A stretch of 49,131 bases of DNA. Source: Candidatus Binatia bacterium. Its GTDB lineage: Bacteria; Desulfobacterota; Binatia; UBA1149; CAITLU01. Position numbers and translations under genes: made by a program. The stretch is taken from contig JBHEPB010000307.1 of NCBI GenBank assembly GCA_046260515.1, positions 1 through 49,131 on the forward strand. Direction: 5' to 3'. The notes beneath the pieces are model-generated. The model did no database searches. It saw only the letters and a list, made by a program, of their open reading frames with translations, and had not been told where the DNA came from. The stretch's first letter is position 1, and each line of letters starts with the position of its first letter. This document shows, in pieces, positions 29,718 to 40,843 of the stretch.

Positions 29718-31280
29718 CTAGGGCCCGACGCTCGCCGCCGCTGCCGTCGAATCGCCGCGCAGGCGGGAGCGACGGTTTTCCAGGCGATTCAGGGCGTCCA
29801 CGAAGGCCAGGGCGCTGGCCATCACCACGTCGGTGTGGGCCCCGTGGCCGCGCACGCCGATGCCGTCCTCGCGCACGAAGCAGCTCACGTCGCCGATGGC
29901 GTCGGTGCCGCCGGTGATGCCCTTCACCTGGTAGCTCTCCAGCTTGGGATGGATGTCGACGGCCTCCTTGATGGCGCGGTAACAGGCGTCCACGATGCCG
30001 TCGCCCACGGCGTCCACGCGCCGCGGCACGCCGTCGATGGCGATCTCCACGCTCGCGCTCGGCGAGCCGTGCATGGAAGAAGACACCTGCACGTCCAGCA
30101 GCTGGAATCGCCCCGCATCCTCACCGTCGTCGGCGCAAATCGCGAACAGGTCCTCGTCGAAGACTTCCTTCTTCTTGTCGGCCAGGTCCTTGAATCGCGC
30201 GAAAGCGTCGTTGACGTCCACGTGCTCCAGGCGAATGCCCAGTTCGCGCAGGCGATCGACGAAGGCGTGGCGACCCGAGTGCTTGCCCAGCACCAGCGAG
30301 TTGCTCAGGCGCCCCACCGACTCGGGGCGCATGATTTCGTAGGTGAGCTTGTTCTTCATCACCCCGTCCTGGTGGATGCCGGCCTCATGGGCGAAGGCGT
30401 TGGCTCCCACCACGGGCTTGGTGGGCGAGATGGCCACGCCGATCGTCTTCGAGAGGGTCTGGCTGGCGGGGTAGATCTGCTTGGTGTTCACGCGCGTGGT
30501 GACGCCGAAATGGTCTCGGCGCGTGTCCAGGGCCATGATCACTTCTTCCATCGCGGTGTTGCCCGCCCTCTCGCCGATGCCGTTGATGGTGCACTCGACC
30601 TGGCGGGCGCCGCCCTCGACGGCCGCCAGCGAGTTGGCCACGGCCAGGCCGAGGTCGTTATGATTGTGCGTGCTCCACACCACGCGGTCGCCGCCCGGCG
30701 TGCGCGTGCGCAGGGTGCGGAACAGGTCGCGCAGCTGGCCGGGCACCGCGTAGCCGGTGGTGTCGGGCACGTTGCACACGACCGCCCCAGCGGCGATCAC
30801 CTCGCCGAAGACCTGGATCATGTAGTCCACGTCGCTGCGCGAAGCGTCCTCGGCCGAGAACTCGATGTAGTCGACGTGCTGCTTGGCCCTCTGCACGGCC
30901 CACACCGCCGCGTCGATCACTTCCTGACGGCTCATATTGAGCTTGTGCTCCAGGTGCAGGTCGGACGTGGCGATGAAGACGTGGATGCCGGGGTTTGCCG
31001 AACCGTCCACGGCGGCCAGGGCCCTTTCGATGTCGCCCTCGCGGGTGCGGGCCAGGCTGAGCACGACGGGGCCGCGGACGGCGCCGGCCACGGCCCGGAC
31101 GGCCTCGAAGTCGCCCGGCGAGGCCGCGGCGAAACCGGCCTCGATGACATCCACCCCCAGGGCCTCCAGCTGCTGGGCGATGACGAGTTTCTCCTCGACG
31201 TTCATCGTGCAGCCGGGCGACTGCTCGCCGTCGCGCAGGGTGGTGTCGAAGATCCTTACCCAATCGTTCTGGTCGCTCAT
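29718..31280 (-). CDS. leuA: 2-isopropylmalate synthase
   Basis: IFDTTLRDGEQSPG, HNHNDLGLAVAN, NGIGERAGN, AHEAGIHQDG, LGKHSGRHA, C-terminal regulatory domain. Confidence 0.96.
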   Translation of the reverse strand: MSDQNDWVRIFDTTLRDGEQSPGCTMNVEEKLVIAQQLEALGVDVIEAGFAAASPGDFEAVRAVAGAVRGPVVLSLARTREGDIERALAAVDGSANPGIHVFIATSDLHLEHKLNMSRQEVIDAAVWAVQRAKQHVDYIEFSAEDASRSDVDYMIQVFGEVIAAGAVVCNVPDTTGYAVPGQLRDLFRTLRTRTPGGDRVVWSTHNHNDLGLAVANSLAAVEGGARQVECTINGIGERAGNTAMEEVIMALDTRRDHFGVTTRVNTKQIYPASQTLSKTIGVAISPTKPVVGANAFAHEAGIHQDGVMKNKLTYEIMRPESVGRLSNSLVLGKHSGRHAFVDRLRELGIRLEHVDVNDAFARFKDLADKKKEVFDEDLFAICADDGEDAGRFQLLDVQVSSSMHGSPSASVEIAIDGVPRRVDAVGDGIVDACYRAIKEAVDIHPKLESYQVKGITGGTDAIGDVSCFVREDGIGVRGHGAHTDVVMASALAFVDALNRLENRRSRLRGDSTAAAASVGP

Positions 31281-31315
31281 GATCCTGTCTCCGTCAGGCG
31301 GGTTCCCGGCGCCAC

Positions 31316-31347
31316 AAACACGAAAGCCGCGGGGACCCGCGGCTTTT
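31316..31347 (-). terminator. Attenuator terminator upstream of leuA
   Basis: Minus strand AAAAGCCGCGG-GTCC-CCGCGGC-TTTCGTGTTT, 35 nt before the leuA ATG. Confidence 0.78.
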
Positions 31348-31414
31348 CTGAGGTTTCGGTCCGCGGGGGTGAGGCTGGAAAACCCGCCCGCGGCTCGAAG
31401 GGATGTCGCCTTGG

Positions 31415-31489
31415 CTACACCACCGCCGATGCCCCGGACGGGCGTCTAAGAAGCAGCAGCGAGCTGGGGATGTGGGCAGGGCGAGTCAT
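31415..31489 (-). CDS. leuL: Leucine attenuation leader peptide (24 aa)
   Basis: MTRPAHIPSSLLLLRRPSGASAVV*, with four consecutive Leu codons CTG CTG CTT CTT, between a promoter and a terminator upstream of leuA. Confidence 0.82.
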   Translation of the reverse strand: MTRPAHIPSSLLLLRRPSGASAVV

Positions 31490-31498
31490 CGTGGGGGC

Positions 31499-31528
31499 AA
31501 ACTACCCGTGGCCCGGGTCGGGTGTCAA
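31499..31528 (-). promoter_or_regulatory. Sigma70-type promoter of leuL-leuA
   Basis: TTGACA-N18-TAGTTT, 9 nt before the leader ATG. Confidence 0.72.
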
Positions 31529-31605
31529 CCGGCGCCGGCGGCATCGGTCCGGCCGATCCCCCGCGCCGGCATTCCGCCGGGCCGTCCTCCGGAACGGGGA
31601 CAGCC

Positions 31606-32427
31606 TCAGGCGTGGTCGCCGCCCTCGGCTTTGGCGGGGGGATCCTCGTCCATCCCGGCGTCGCCGAAGGCGCGTTGCCCGCTGCGCCAGGCCATCACCG
31701 CCATCACCGGTCCCGAGGCCACGTAGAGCGAAATGCCCGTGAACAGGAACAGCGGATAGGCGGCAAGCGCGAAGCTGAACATCAGCACCGCCACCACGAA
31801 GGTGGACATGGGCTGGCGCCCGTGAAGCTTGAGGTTTTTGAAGCTGCTGTAGCGCACGGTGCTGACCATCAGCAGCGCGAGCGCATAGGTGAGCAGCAGC
31901 AGGGCCACGTGCTTGGGCGGCAATCCCGAGCGGCCAACGTAGCGATACATGAGCACCACCGACGCGAGCATCGCCGCCGAGCCGGGCACCGGCAGGCCGA
32001 GGAAGAAGCCGGGATCCACGCGCCCCACCAGCAGGTTGAAGCGCGCCAGGCGGATCGCCGAGCAGATCACGTAGAGGCCGACGGCCGACCAGCCCCAGAC
32101 TCCCCAGGGCATCAGCGCCCACTTGTAGATGAGGAGTCCCGGCGCCACGCCGAAGGACACGAGGTCGCAGAGTGAGTCGTACTCGATGCCGAAACGGCTG
32201 GTCGAGTTGGTCATGCGCGCTACGCGGCCGTCGAGGGCGTCGAAGATCTGGGCGGCCATGATGGCCAGGGCGGCGTCCGCGTAGCGGCCCTGCATGGTCT
32301 GCACCAGCGAGAAGATGCCGCAGAACAGGCCCGCCGAGGTGATCAGGTTGGGAAGGAGGTAGATGCCCCGCCTCGGGACCGCGTCCTGGAGGAGGGAGAG
32401 CCTGGCTTCACGCCGCCTGGGTTTCAT
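31606..32427 (-). CDS. pssA: CDP-diacylglycerol--serine O-phosphatidyltransferase
   Basis: YLLPNLITS, FDALDGRVAR...FGIEYDSLCDLVSFGVAP, RLARFN, FLGLPVP. Confidence 0.94.
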   Translation of the reverse strand: MKPRRREARLSLLQDAVPRRGIYLLPNLITSAGLFCGIFSLVQTMQGRYADAALAIMAAQIFDALDGRVARMTNSTSRFGIEYDSLCDLVSFGVAPGLLIYKWALMPWGVWGWSAVGLYVICSAIRLARFNLLVGRVDPGFFLGLPVPGSAAMLASVVLMYRYVGRSGLPPKHVALLLLTYALALLMVSTVRYSSFKNLKLHGRQPMSTFVVAVLMFSFALAAYPLFLFTGISLYVASGPVMAVMAWRSGQRAFGDAGMDEDPPAKAEGGDHA

Positions 32428-33073
32428 CGCTTGCTCCCGCCGCGTCGAGCCAGGCCAGGGTGGTCTGGCCCGCCCTCACGGTCTCCCCGGGCCGCACCGC
32501 CAGCCGCGCGTTGGGCGGCAGGTACACGTCCACCCGGGATCCGAACATGATGAGGCCGAATCGTTCCCCGCGGGCCAGGTGCCGCGGCGCCTTCACGCGG
32601 CACACGATGCGGCGAGCGAGCCAGCCTGCGATCTGCACCACGACCACTTCGGCGCCCGAGGCGGTGCGCAGCAGCAGGGAGTTGGATTCGTTGATGTCGC
32701 CCGCGTCAGCGCGATAGGCCGCGCCGAACTGTCCCGGCCGGTGCTCCGTCTTCTCGAGCATGGCGTCCAGGGGCGAGCGGTTCACGTGCACGTCCAGAGG
32801 CGACATGAAGATGGCGATCTTGGCGGTCGAGCCCGGCGCGAAACGGTGTGGCGACGCGCCCTGCTCGGCGAAGACCACGCGGCCGTCGGCGGGACAGAGA
32901 ACTGCCGTGGGATCGCCCGTGCCGCTGCGCTCGGGGTCGCGGAAGAACAGCAGCACGCCAAGGGCGACCAGGGCCGCGCCGGTGAAGGCGATCATCCCCA
33001 CCCCGAGCCCGAGGCCGACGGCGATCACCGCCGCGGTGCCCGCCATCGTCTTTCCTTCCGGGGCGAACTTCAC
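32408..33073 (-). CDS. psd: Phosphatidylserine decarboxylase
   Basis: FFRDPER, PADGRV, IFMSPLDVHVNRSP, QIAGWLARRI, GLIMFGSRVD. Confidence 0.94.
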   Translation of the reverse strand: MKFAPEGKTMAGTAAVIAVGLGLGVGMIAFTGAALVALGVLLFFRDPERSGTGDPTAVLCPADGRVVFAEQGASPHRFAPGSTAKIAIFMSPLDVHVNRSPLDAMLEKTEHRPGQFGAAYRADAGDINESNSLLLRTASGAEVVVVQIAGWLARRIVCRVKAPRHLARGERFGLIMFGSRVDVYLPPNARLAVRPGETVRAGQTTLAWLDAAGASDETQAA

Positions 33074-33113
33074 GCGCGCGTGTCCTCGACTCCCTGCCTT
33101 TCCGCTGTGGGAA

Positions 33114-34130
33114 TCAGTTCTTCGCCCGGTCGACGAGACGGTCCTTCTGCAGCCACGGCATCAGCGCGCGCAGCTTGGCGCCGACCTTCTCGATCTCGTG
33201 GTTCTCGCCTTCCTTCTGCAGCTCGTGGAAGTGGGGCAGGCCGCACTTGTACTCGGTGATCCACTCGTCGGCGAACTTGCCGGACTGGATCTCCGAGAGG
33301 ATCTCCTTCATCGCCTTGCGCGTCTCGTCGCCGATCACGCGCTTGCCGCGGGTAAGGTCGCCGTACTCGGCGGTGTTGCTGATGGAGTAGCGCATGTTGG
33401 CGATGCCGCCCTGGTAGAGCAGGTCGACGATGAGCTTGGTCTCGTGGAGGCACTCGAAGTAGGCCATCTCGGGCGCGTAGCCGGCGTCCACCAGGGTCTC
33501 GTAGCCGGCGCGAATCAGCTCGGTGAGCCCGCCGCAGAGCACGGCCTGCTCACCGAAGAGGTCGGTCTCGGTCTCCTCGCGGAAGGTGGTGCCGATGACG
33601 GCGGCGCGCGTTCCACCGACGGCGTCGGCGTAGGCCAGCGCCACGGCCTCGGTGTCGCCGGGCCCGTCCTGGTGGACGGCCAGCAGGCAGGGAACGCCCA
33701 TGCCCTTGGCGAACTCGCTGCGCACGAGGTGGCCGGGGCCCTTGGGGGCCACCATGAACACGCCCGCGTCGGCCGGCGGCACGATCTTCTTGAAATGGAT
33801 GTTGAAGCCGTGGGCAACCGCGAAGTACGCGCCCTTCTTCAGGTGGGGGCCGATCTCGGCGGCGTAGAGCTCGCCGGCGAGTTCGTCGGGCACCAGCATC
33901 ATCACGATGTCGGCCTTGGCCGTGGCCTCGGCCACCGGGAAGACCTCGAAGCCGGCGGCGCGGGCCTTGGCGGCCGAGCCGCCGTCGGGACGCAGGCCGA
34001 TGATCACCTTCACGCCGCTGTCGCGCGCGTTCATCGCGTGCGCGTGGCCCTGGCTGCCGTAGCCGATGATGGCCACGGTCTTGCCGGCAATCTTGTCCTT
34101 CTGCACTTCGCTCTTGTCGTAGATCTTCAT
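33114..34130 (-). CDS. ilvC: Ketol-acid reductoisomerase
   Basis: [52 protein letters not shown]. Confidence 0.97.
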   Translation of the reverse strand: MKIYDKSEVQKDKIAGKTVAIIGYGSQGHAHAMNARDSGVKVIIGLRPDGGSAAKARAAGFEVFPVAEATAKADIVMMLVPDELAGELYAAEIGPHLKKGAYFAVAHGFNIHFKKIVPPADAGVFMVAPKGPGHLVRSEFAKGMGVPCLLAVHQDGPGDTEAVALAYADAVGGTRAAVIGTTFREETETDLFGEQAVLCGGLTELIRAGYETLVDAGYAPEMAYFECLHETKLIVDLLYQGGIANMRYSISNTAEYGDLTRGKRVIGDETRKAMKEILSEIQSGKFADEWITEYKCGLPHFHELQKEGENHEIEKVGAKLRALMPWLQKDRLVDRAKN

Positions 34131-34675
34131 CCGATGTTCTCCTTGGCGCCGTCGGCGGGTGCAGCGGCGGTCTCGAAGGTGAGGAGCTTCTCCCCACGAT
34201 AGAGGGCCGCGCTGCCCGTGCGGGCGATTTCCCTGATTCCGAGCGGGGCGAGCAGGCGGATCATCGCGTCGATCTTCTCCTGCGCTCCCGTGGTCTCGAT
34301 GATGCAAATGTTGGAGCCGACGTCCACGACGCTGGCCCGGAAGATGCTGACGATGTTCATCACTTCGGCCCGCGTGGCGGCCTCGAAGTTGACCTTGATC
34401 AGCGCGAGTTCCCGCTCGACGCACTCGCCCTCGCGGAAATCGACGATACTGATGACCGAGACCATCTTGTAGAGCTGGCGGGTCACCTGCTCGAGCACCG
34501 ACGCGTCGCCGCGAACGGTGAGCGTGATACGGGAGACGGAGGGGTCGAGGGTTTCGGCAACCGACAGGCTCTCGATGTTGTAGCCGCGGCCGCTGAACAT
34601 CGCCGAGACGCGCGAAAGCACGCCGAACTCGTTCTCGACGAGGATGGAGATGGTGTGCTTGGGCGAGTCGCTCAT
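34127..34675 (-). CDS. ilvN: Acetolactate synthase small (regulatory) subunit
   Basis: [48 protein letters not shown]. Confidence 0.95.
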   Translation of the reverse strand: MSDSPKHTISILVENEFGVLSRVSAMFSGRGYNIESLSVAETLDPSVSRITLTVRGDASVLEQVTRQLYKMVSVISIVDFREGECVERELALIKVNFEAATRAEVMNIVSIFRASVVDVGSNICIIETTGAQEKIDAMIRLLAPLGIREIARTGSAALYRGEKLLTFETAAAPADGAKENIG

Positions 34676-34775
34676 GAATGGTCTCCTTGAACGGGAACAG
34701 CAGGCCCCGTGGCCCGGCGACCGCTGGTCCCGGGCCCGGGATCAGGCTGGAAACGGCCGGCGCGGGGGCCGTCGA

Positions 34776-35024
34776 TCAGGACCCGGAGGTGGCCTCCCCA
34801 CGCTCGCGACGGTAGTCGTCGAGCACGCGGATGATCTTGTCCTTCTCCGCGAGCTTCTGTTTCTGGAGCTCTCGGCGGCGAAGTTCCTCCTCGGTGGTCA
34901 GGTGCGGTCGCGCCGTGAGTGCATCGACCTCGGCCTTGAGCTTGGCGTGCTTCTCGTAGGAACGTCGAAGCCCGGCATTCTCCGGAGCGAGGGACCTCAC
35001 CAATTCTTCGTCTCGTGCATCCAT
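34776..35024 (-). CDS. DUF465 / YdcH family small coiled-coil protein
   Basis: LRRSYEKHAKLKAEV...LTTEEELRRRELQKQKLAEKDKI. AGGAG RBS. Confidence 0.85.
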   Translation of the reverse strand: MDARDEELVRSLAPENAGLRRSYEKHAKLKAEVDALTARPHLTTEEELRRRELQKQKLAEKDKIIRVLDDYRRERGEATSGS

Positions 35025-35059
35025 GGCGTTCTCCTGACCCTGTGGCCGCTGCGGGCGGG

Positions 35060-35088
35060 AAGGTATTCGCGCCATTGCGGGTTGTCAA
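35060..35088 (-). promoter_or_regulatory. Sigma70-type promoter for DUF465-ilvN-ilvC
   Basis: TTGACA-N17-TACCTT. Confidence 0.72.
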
Positions 35089-35125
35089 ACGCGGGCCCCT
35101 TGGAAAATCCAGCTTTTTCGCGGAG

Positions 35126-35890
35126 TTACTCGGAAGCGCCGAGCACCGCCACACGATCGCGGTTGGGACGCGCGCTGGCCGGTCCCACGTAGACAGGAAC
35201 GAGGGCATCCACGCGCATCGTCTCCCCGCGACGCAGCTTGGCCAGCACGAGCGCCGCCAGTCGATCGTCCGGACTGGAAGGAACCAAGCGAGGCTCGAGG
35301 CCGGCACCGCGCGCGGCATTCTCCAGTCTCGATCTCTCCTCGCCCGCGGCGCCTGGCTGGCTCGCGCCGGCCTCGGCCGGGGCGACCACGGCAGAACAGG
35401 CGCGACCGGCGTGCCGGCAGAAGTCCTCGACCTCGCTGGCTTCCACGATGCGGGCGGCCTCGAGTTCGCAGGCGGATTCGCGTTCGCGGCGCCAGACCGC
35501 GAGCACCCAGCGCCCGGATCCGGCGGGCGATGCCACGACCACGTCCTCGCCTTCGGTCGCCCCCCGCCAGGCCAGCAGCTCCAGGCTGCCGACTGCTACC
35601 GCGGGCAGGCCGTCCACGAAGGCCAGGCCGCGCAGGAAGGCCAAGCCCGAACGCAGGCCGGTGTAGGAGCCGGGACCGACGACAGCGCCAACGGCGGAAA
35701 GCTCGGCCGCCTTGCGGCCGCGGGCGGCAAACAGCCGGGCAGCTTCGACGGCCAGGTCCTCGGTGCGCGCGTAGCCGCCCGCCCTCGTGGAAAGCACGGC
35801 GACGTCGGCGCCGTGGGCGCCGGCCAGGATGAGCCCGGCCCCGCTCCCCGAGGTGTCCACCACGAGGACGAACTCGGCGAGCCCGCTCAC
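35126..35890 (-). CDS. tsaB: tRNA t6A modification protein TsaB
   Basis: VLVVDTS, GPGSYTGLRSGLA, VGSLELLA, LVPVYV. GTGA overlap with the rseP stop. Confidence 0.88.
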   Translation of the reverse strand: MSGLAEFVLVVDTSGSGAGLILAGAHGADVAVLSTRAGGYARTEDLAVEAARLFAARGRKAAELSAVGAVVGPGSYTGLRSGLAFLRGLAFVDGLPAVAVGSLELLAWRGATEGEDVVVASPAGSGRWVLAVWRRERESACELEAARIVEASEVEDFCRHAGRACSAVVAPAEAGASQPGAAGEERSRLENAARGAGLEPRLVPSSPDDRLAALVLAKLRRGETMRVDALVPVYVGPASARPNRDRVAVLGASE

Positions 35891-36972
35891 CCGACGACGA
35901 GGCGGACGATGTCGTTGAACACGACGAAGAGCATGAGGGTGCCGATCAGCACCATGCCGAACCCCATCGCGTACTCGCGCACGCGAAGAGGCAAGGGCTT
36001 GCCGCGGATGGCCTCGAAGCCCATGAAGGCCAGATGACCACCGTCCAGCACGGGGATGGGCAGCAGGTTGATGACGCCGAGGTTGACGCTGAGCAGGGCC
36101 ATGAAGAACAGCAGGGGCTGCAGCCCGGTCTGGGCCTGCCGGCTCGCCTCGGCAACGACGAGGATGGGACCGCCGAGGTCGCCCGCCGACACCCTTCCCT
36201 GGAAGAGGCGCATCAGCGTGCCGAGGATCATGGTCGAGTCCTGCCAGGTGCGCTGGGCAGCCACGGAGACGGCGCCGAGGGGACCGATGGGAATCAGTTC
36301 GTAGCCGCGGCTGACGCCGATCTGGTACGCGGAGGCGACGGCCTCGCCGTACATGTCGATCTGGTCGGCCAGGGTCGGAGTCACCTCGACGACGCGCGAG
36401 GCGCCTTCGCCGTCCACTACCTCGAAGCGCAGCGCGCGGCCCCGGCTGGCGGCAATGGAAGCGACCATCTCGTCCCAGGAGGAGATGGCCTTGCCGTCCA
36501 CCGCCACGACGGTGTCGGAAGAACGTAGCCCGGCGGTGTGGGCGGGGCGGTCGGGGGCCACCTGGTCGATGGTCGCCTTCTCGATGGGAACCGCTACGCC
36601 GTAGGCCAGGGCGCAGCCTGTCAGAATCACCACCGCGAACACGAGGTTGACGACGGGCCCGGCGACCACGATGGCGGCGCGCTGCCACAGCCGCTTGGAG
36701 GTGAACCCCCGGGCCGGATCGGAGGGGGCATCGGCCGAGTCCCCGCCCTCTTCCTCGAAGCCTGCCATGCGCACGTAGCCGCCCAGCGGAATGAGCGCGA
36801 CGCGGTAGACCGTCTCGCCCACCTGTTTCGCGAAGAGCGTGGGGCCAAAGCCCATGGAGAAGACGCGCACCTCCACGTTGCACCACTTGCCGACGAGAAA
36901 ATGCCCGAGCTCGTGAACGAAGATGACGACCGCGAGCACGAGGACCGCGGCCAGGAGACTGCCGGATGCCAT
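35887..36972 (-). CDS. rseP: RIP metalloprotease RseP
   Basis: HELGH, FSMGFGP, IPLGGYVRM, AGPVVN, one PDZ domain, NLLPIPVLDGGH. Confidence 0.96.
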   Translation of the reverse strand: MASGSLLAAVLVLAVVIFVHELGHFLVGKWCNVEVRVFSMGFGPTLFAKQVGETVYRVALIPLGGYVRMAGFEEEGGDSADAPSDPARGFTSKRLWQRAAIVVAGPVVNLVFAVVILTGCALAYGVAVPIEKATIDQVAPDRPAHTAGLRSSDTVVAVDGKAISSWDEMVASIAASRGRALRFEVVDGEGASRVVEVTPTLADQIDMYGEAVASAYQIGVSRGYELIPIGPLGAVSVAAQRTWQDSTMILGTLMRLFQGRVSAGDLGGPILVVAEASRQAQTGLQPLLFFMALLSVNLGVINLLPIPVLDGGHLAFMGFEAIRGKPLPLRVREYAMGFGMVLIGTLMLFVVFNDIVRLVVG

Positions 36973-37013
36973 GCCTTCTTTTACACCGGGCGGGGACCGA
37001 CCCGAAATGAGGG

Positions 37014-37814
37014 TCAGAGCCAGGTGAGGCTGGCGTAGTAGTAGGTGAAGACGATGGGCAGGACCATGCTGTCGGTGCGGTCCAGGACTCCGCCGTGGCC
37101 GGGCAGGATCCAGCCCGAGTCCTTGGCGTCGTAGGCGCGCTTGATCATCGACTCGGAGAGGTCCCCGATCTGGGCCAGCAGCGACAGCGTGGCCGTCACC
37201 AGCACGGACTCGACGAAGTCGAAGCGGCCGACGAGGATCATCTGGAACAAGGTGCCGATCACCACGGCCGAGGCCACCGAACCGGCGGCTCCCTCCACGG
37301 TTTTGTTGGGGCTGACGGTGGGCCACAGCTTGCGATGTCCCCACGAGCGGCCCGTAAAGTAGCCGCCGGCGTCGCTGGCCATCGCCGTGGCGAGCACGAA
37401 AAACACCAATCCCGGACCGTGGTCGATGGTCCTCAGCCACAGCAGGTGGGGCAGCAGCAGACCGCCGTACAGGGCGGCGAACAGGATCTGGCCGGCGCCG
37501 GCCACACTGCGGGCCATGTCTTCGGCCGTCGCGAGCGTTCCGAGCAGCACCCCGATCAGGGCGACGACGATGCCGGCCGACAAGGTGGCTCCCGACGAAT
37601 CGACGAGCATCGCCAGCGCGATCGACATGCCGGCGCCGACGGTGAGCAGGGTGGCACCGTAGATGCGCACCCTCTGCATCTCGGCCAACTCGCGCAGGGA
37701 CAGGAAGGTGACCGCAAGCACCACGCTGGAGTAGAGCGCCTCGGAGGCCCCGAGGATGAGCCAGATCAGGGTCGGGATGGCGACGAGGGCGGTGGCGATT
37801 CGCTGTTTCAGCAC
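37014..37814 (-). CDS. cdsA: Phosphatidate cytidylyltransferase
   Basis: SDAGGYFTG, VSPNKTVEG, GDLSESMIKR...KDSGWILPGHGGVLDRTDS. Confidence 0.96.
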   Translation of the reverse strand: MLKQRIATALVAIPTLIWLILGASEALYSSVVLAVTFLSLRELAEMQRVRIYGATLLTVGAGMSIALAMLVDSSGATLSAGIVVALIGVLLGTLATAEDMARSVAGAGQILFAALYGGLLLPHLLWLRTIDHGPGLVFFVLATAMASDAGGYFTGRSWGHRKLWPTVSPNKTVEGAAGSVASAVVIGTLFQMILVGRFDFVESVLVTATLSLLAQIGDLSESMIKRAYDAKDSGWILPGHGGVLDRTDSMVLPIVFTYYYASLTWL

Positions 37815-38555
37815 TCAAGCCTCCGCGGCGATCTGGGCGGTTGTCTTGCCGAAGCGGCGTTCGCGGCTACGATAATCGTCCAGGGCGGCCATCAGGTGGT
37901 CGCGGCGGAAGTCCGGCCACAACGCGTCGGTAACGTAGAGTTCGCTGTAGGCCACTTGCCAGAGCAGGAAGTTCGACAGCCGCATCTCACCGCTGGTGCG
38001 GATGAGCAGGTCGGGGTCGGGCACGCCGGCGGTCATCAGCGAATCGGAGAAGAGATCCTCGTCGATGTCCTCCGCGGCGATCGCGCCGTCGCGGACACGG
38101 CGGGCCAGGCGGCGCGCGGCCTGGACGATCTCCTCGCGGGCGCCGTAGCTGACCGCCAGCTGCACGGTCATCCCGGTGTTGTGGCGGGTCTGGTGCTCGG
38201 CGGCGCGCAGGTCGGCCAGCACTTCCCTCGGCAGGCGCCTCAGGTTGCCGATCGCGCGCAGGCGGATGCCGTGGCGCATCATCTTGCCGAGTTCGCTGCG
38301 TACGTAGCGGCGCAGCAGGGCCATGAGGGCGCCGACTTCACGCTCGGGCCGTTCCCAGTTCTCGGTGGAGAAAGCGTAGAGGGTGAGGAATTCGATGCCG
38401 ATCTCGCGCGCGGCCTCGACCACGTCGCGAACCGATTCCTTGCCGCGGCGGTGGCCCTGGACGCGGCTCAGCCCGCGCTGGGTGGCCCAGCGGCCGTTGC
38501 CGTCCATGATGATCGCCACGTGTCGCGGCAATCCGGCTCGGTTGGGGTCGGTCAC
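37815..38555 (-). CDS. uppS: Undecaprenyl diphosphate synthase
   Basis: HVAIIMDGNGRWA, YAFSTENWERP, DLLIRTSGEMRLSNFLLWQ, RERRFG. Confidence 0.97.
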   Translation of the reverse strand: MTDPNRAGLPRHVAIIMDGNGRWATQRGLSRVQGHRRGKESVRDVVEAAREIGIEFLTLYAFSTENWERPEREVGALMALLRRYVRSELGKMMRHGIRLRAIGNLRRLPREVLADLRAAEHQTRHNTGMTVQLAVSYGAREEIVQAARRLARRVRDGAIAAEDIDEDLFSDSLMTAGVPDPDLLIRTSGEMRLSNFLLWQVAYSELYVTDALWPDFRRDHLMAALDDYRSRERRFGKTTAQIAAEA

Positions 38556-38569
38556 CGTTTCAGGTCCCG

Positions 38570-39127
38570 TCAGACCGAAAGGATCTCGTGTTCCTTGGCC
38601 TTCACGATCTCGTCGATCTGCGCGATGCTCTCGTCGGTGAGCTTCTGGACCTTCTCGGCCGCACTGCGGTGATCATCCTGGGAGATCTCCTTCTCGGCCT
38701 CGGCTTCCTTGAGCATCTCGTTGGCATCGCGGCGGTGGCCGCGGGCCGACACGCGGTGGTGCTCGGCGTCCTTGCGCACCTGCTTGACGAGGTCCTTGCG
38801 CCTCTCCTCGTTCAGCTCGGGGATGGGCAGGCGAAGGAGGTTCCCGTCGCTCACGGGCGACAGGCCGAGCTCCGCCTTGCGGATGGCCTTGTCGATGGCG
38901 CCGATCGTGCTCCTGTCGAAGGGCTGCACCACCAGCAGCCTCGGCTCCGGGGCCGAGACGGTGGCGAGCTTGTTGAGGGCGGTGGAGCTGCCGTAGTAGT
39001 CCACGAACACGTGGTCGAGCAGGGCCGGCGTGGCGCGCCCCGCGCGGATGCGGGCGAGGTCGCGGCGCAGGGACACGACGGTCTCGTGCATCTGTCGGCC
39101 AAGTTCCTGCAGGATGTCTTCGATCAT
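38570..39127 (-). CDS. frr: Ribosome recycling factor
   Basis: IRAGRATPALLD..VDYYG, IPELNEERRKDLVK, KEISQDD. Confidence 0.97.
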   Translation of the reverse strand: MIEDILQELGRQMHETVVSLRRDLARIRAGRATPALLDHVFVDYYGSSTALNKLATVSAPEPRLLVVQPFDRSTIGAIDKAIRKAELGLSPVSDGNLLRLPIPELNEERRKDLVKQVRKDAEHHRVSARGHRRDANEMLKEAEAEKEISQDDHRSAAEKVQKLTDESIAQIDEIVKAKEHEILSV

Positions 39128-39159
39128 CGGGTTACCTTCATGGGTTCACCTTCACCGGT

Positions 39160-40839
<1,680 letters not shown>

Positions 40840-40843
<4 letters not shown>

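Noticed and set aside
29364-31742. Long antisense and alternate-frame ORFs (e.g. 792 aa opposite leuA, 703 aa at 2438-4549)
   Set aside because: These are shadow ORFs typical of high-GC DNA. They overlap well-supported genes and have no family motifs.
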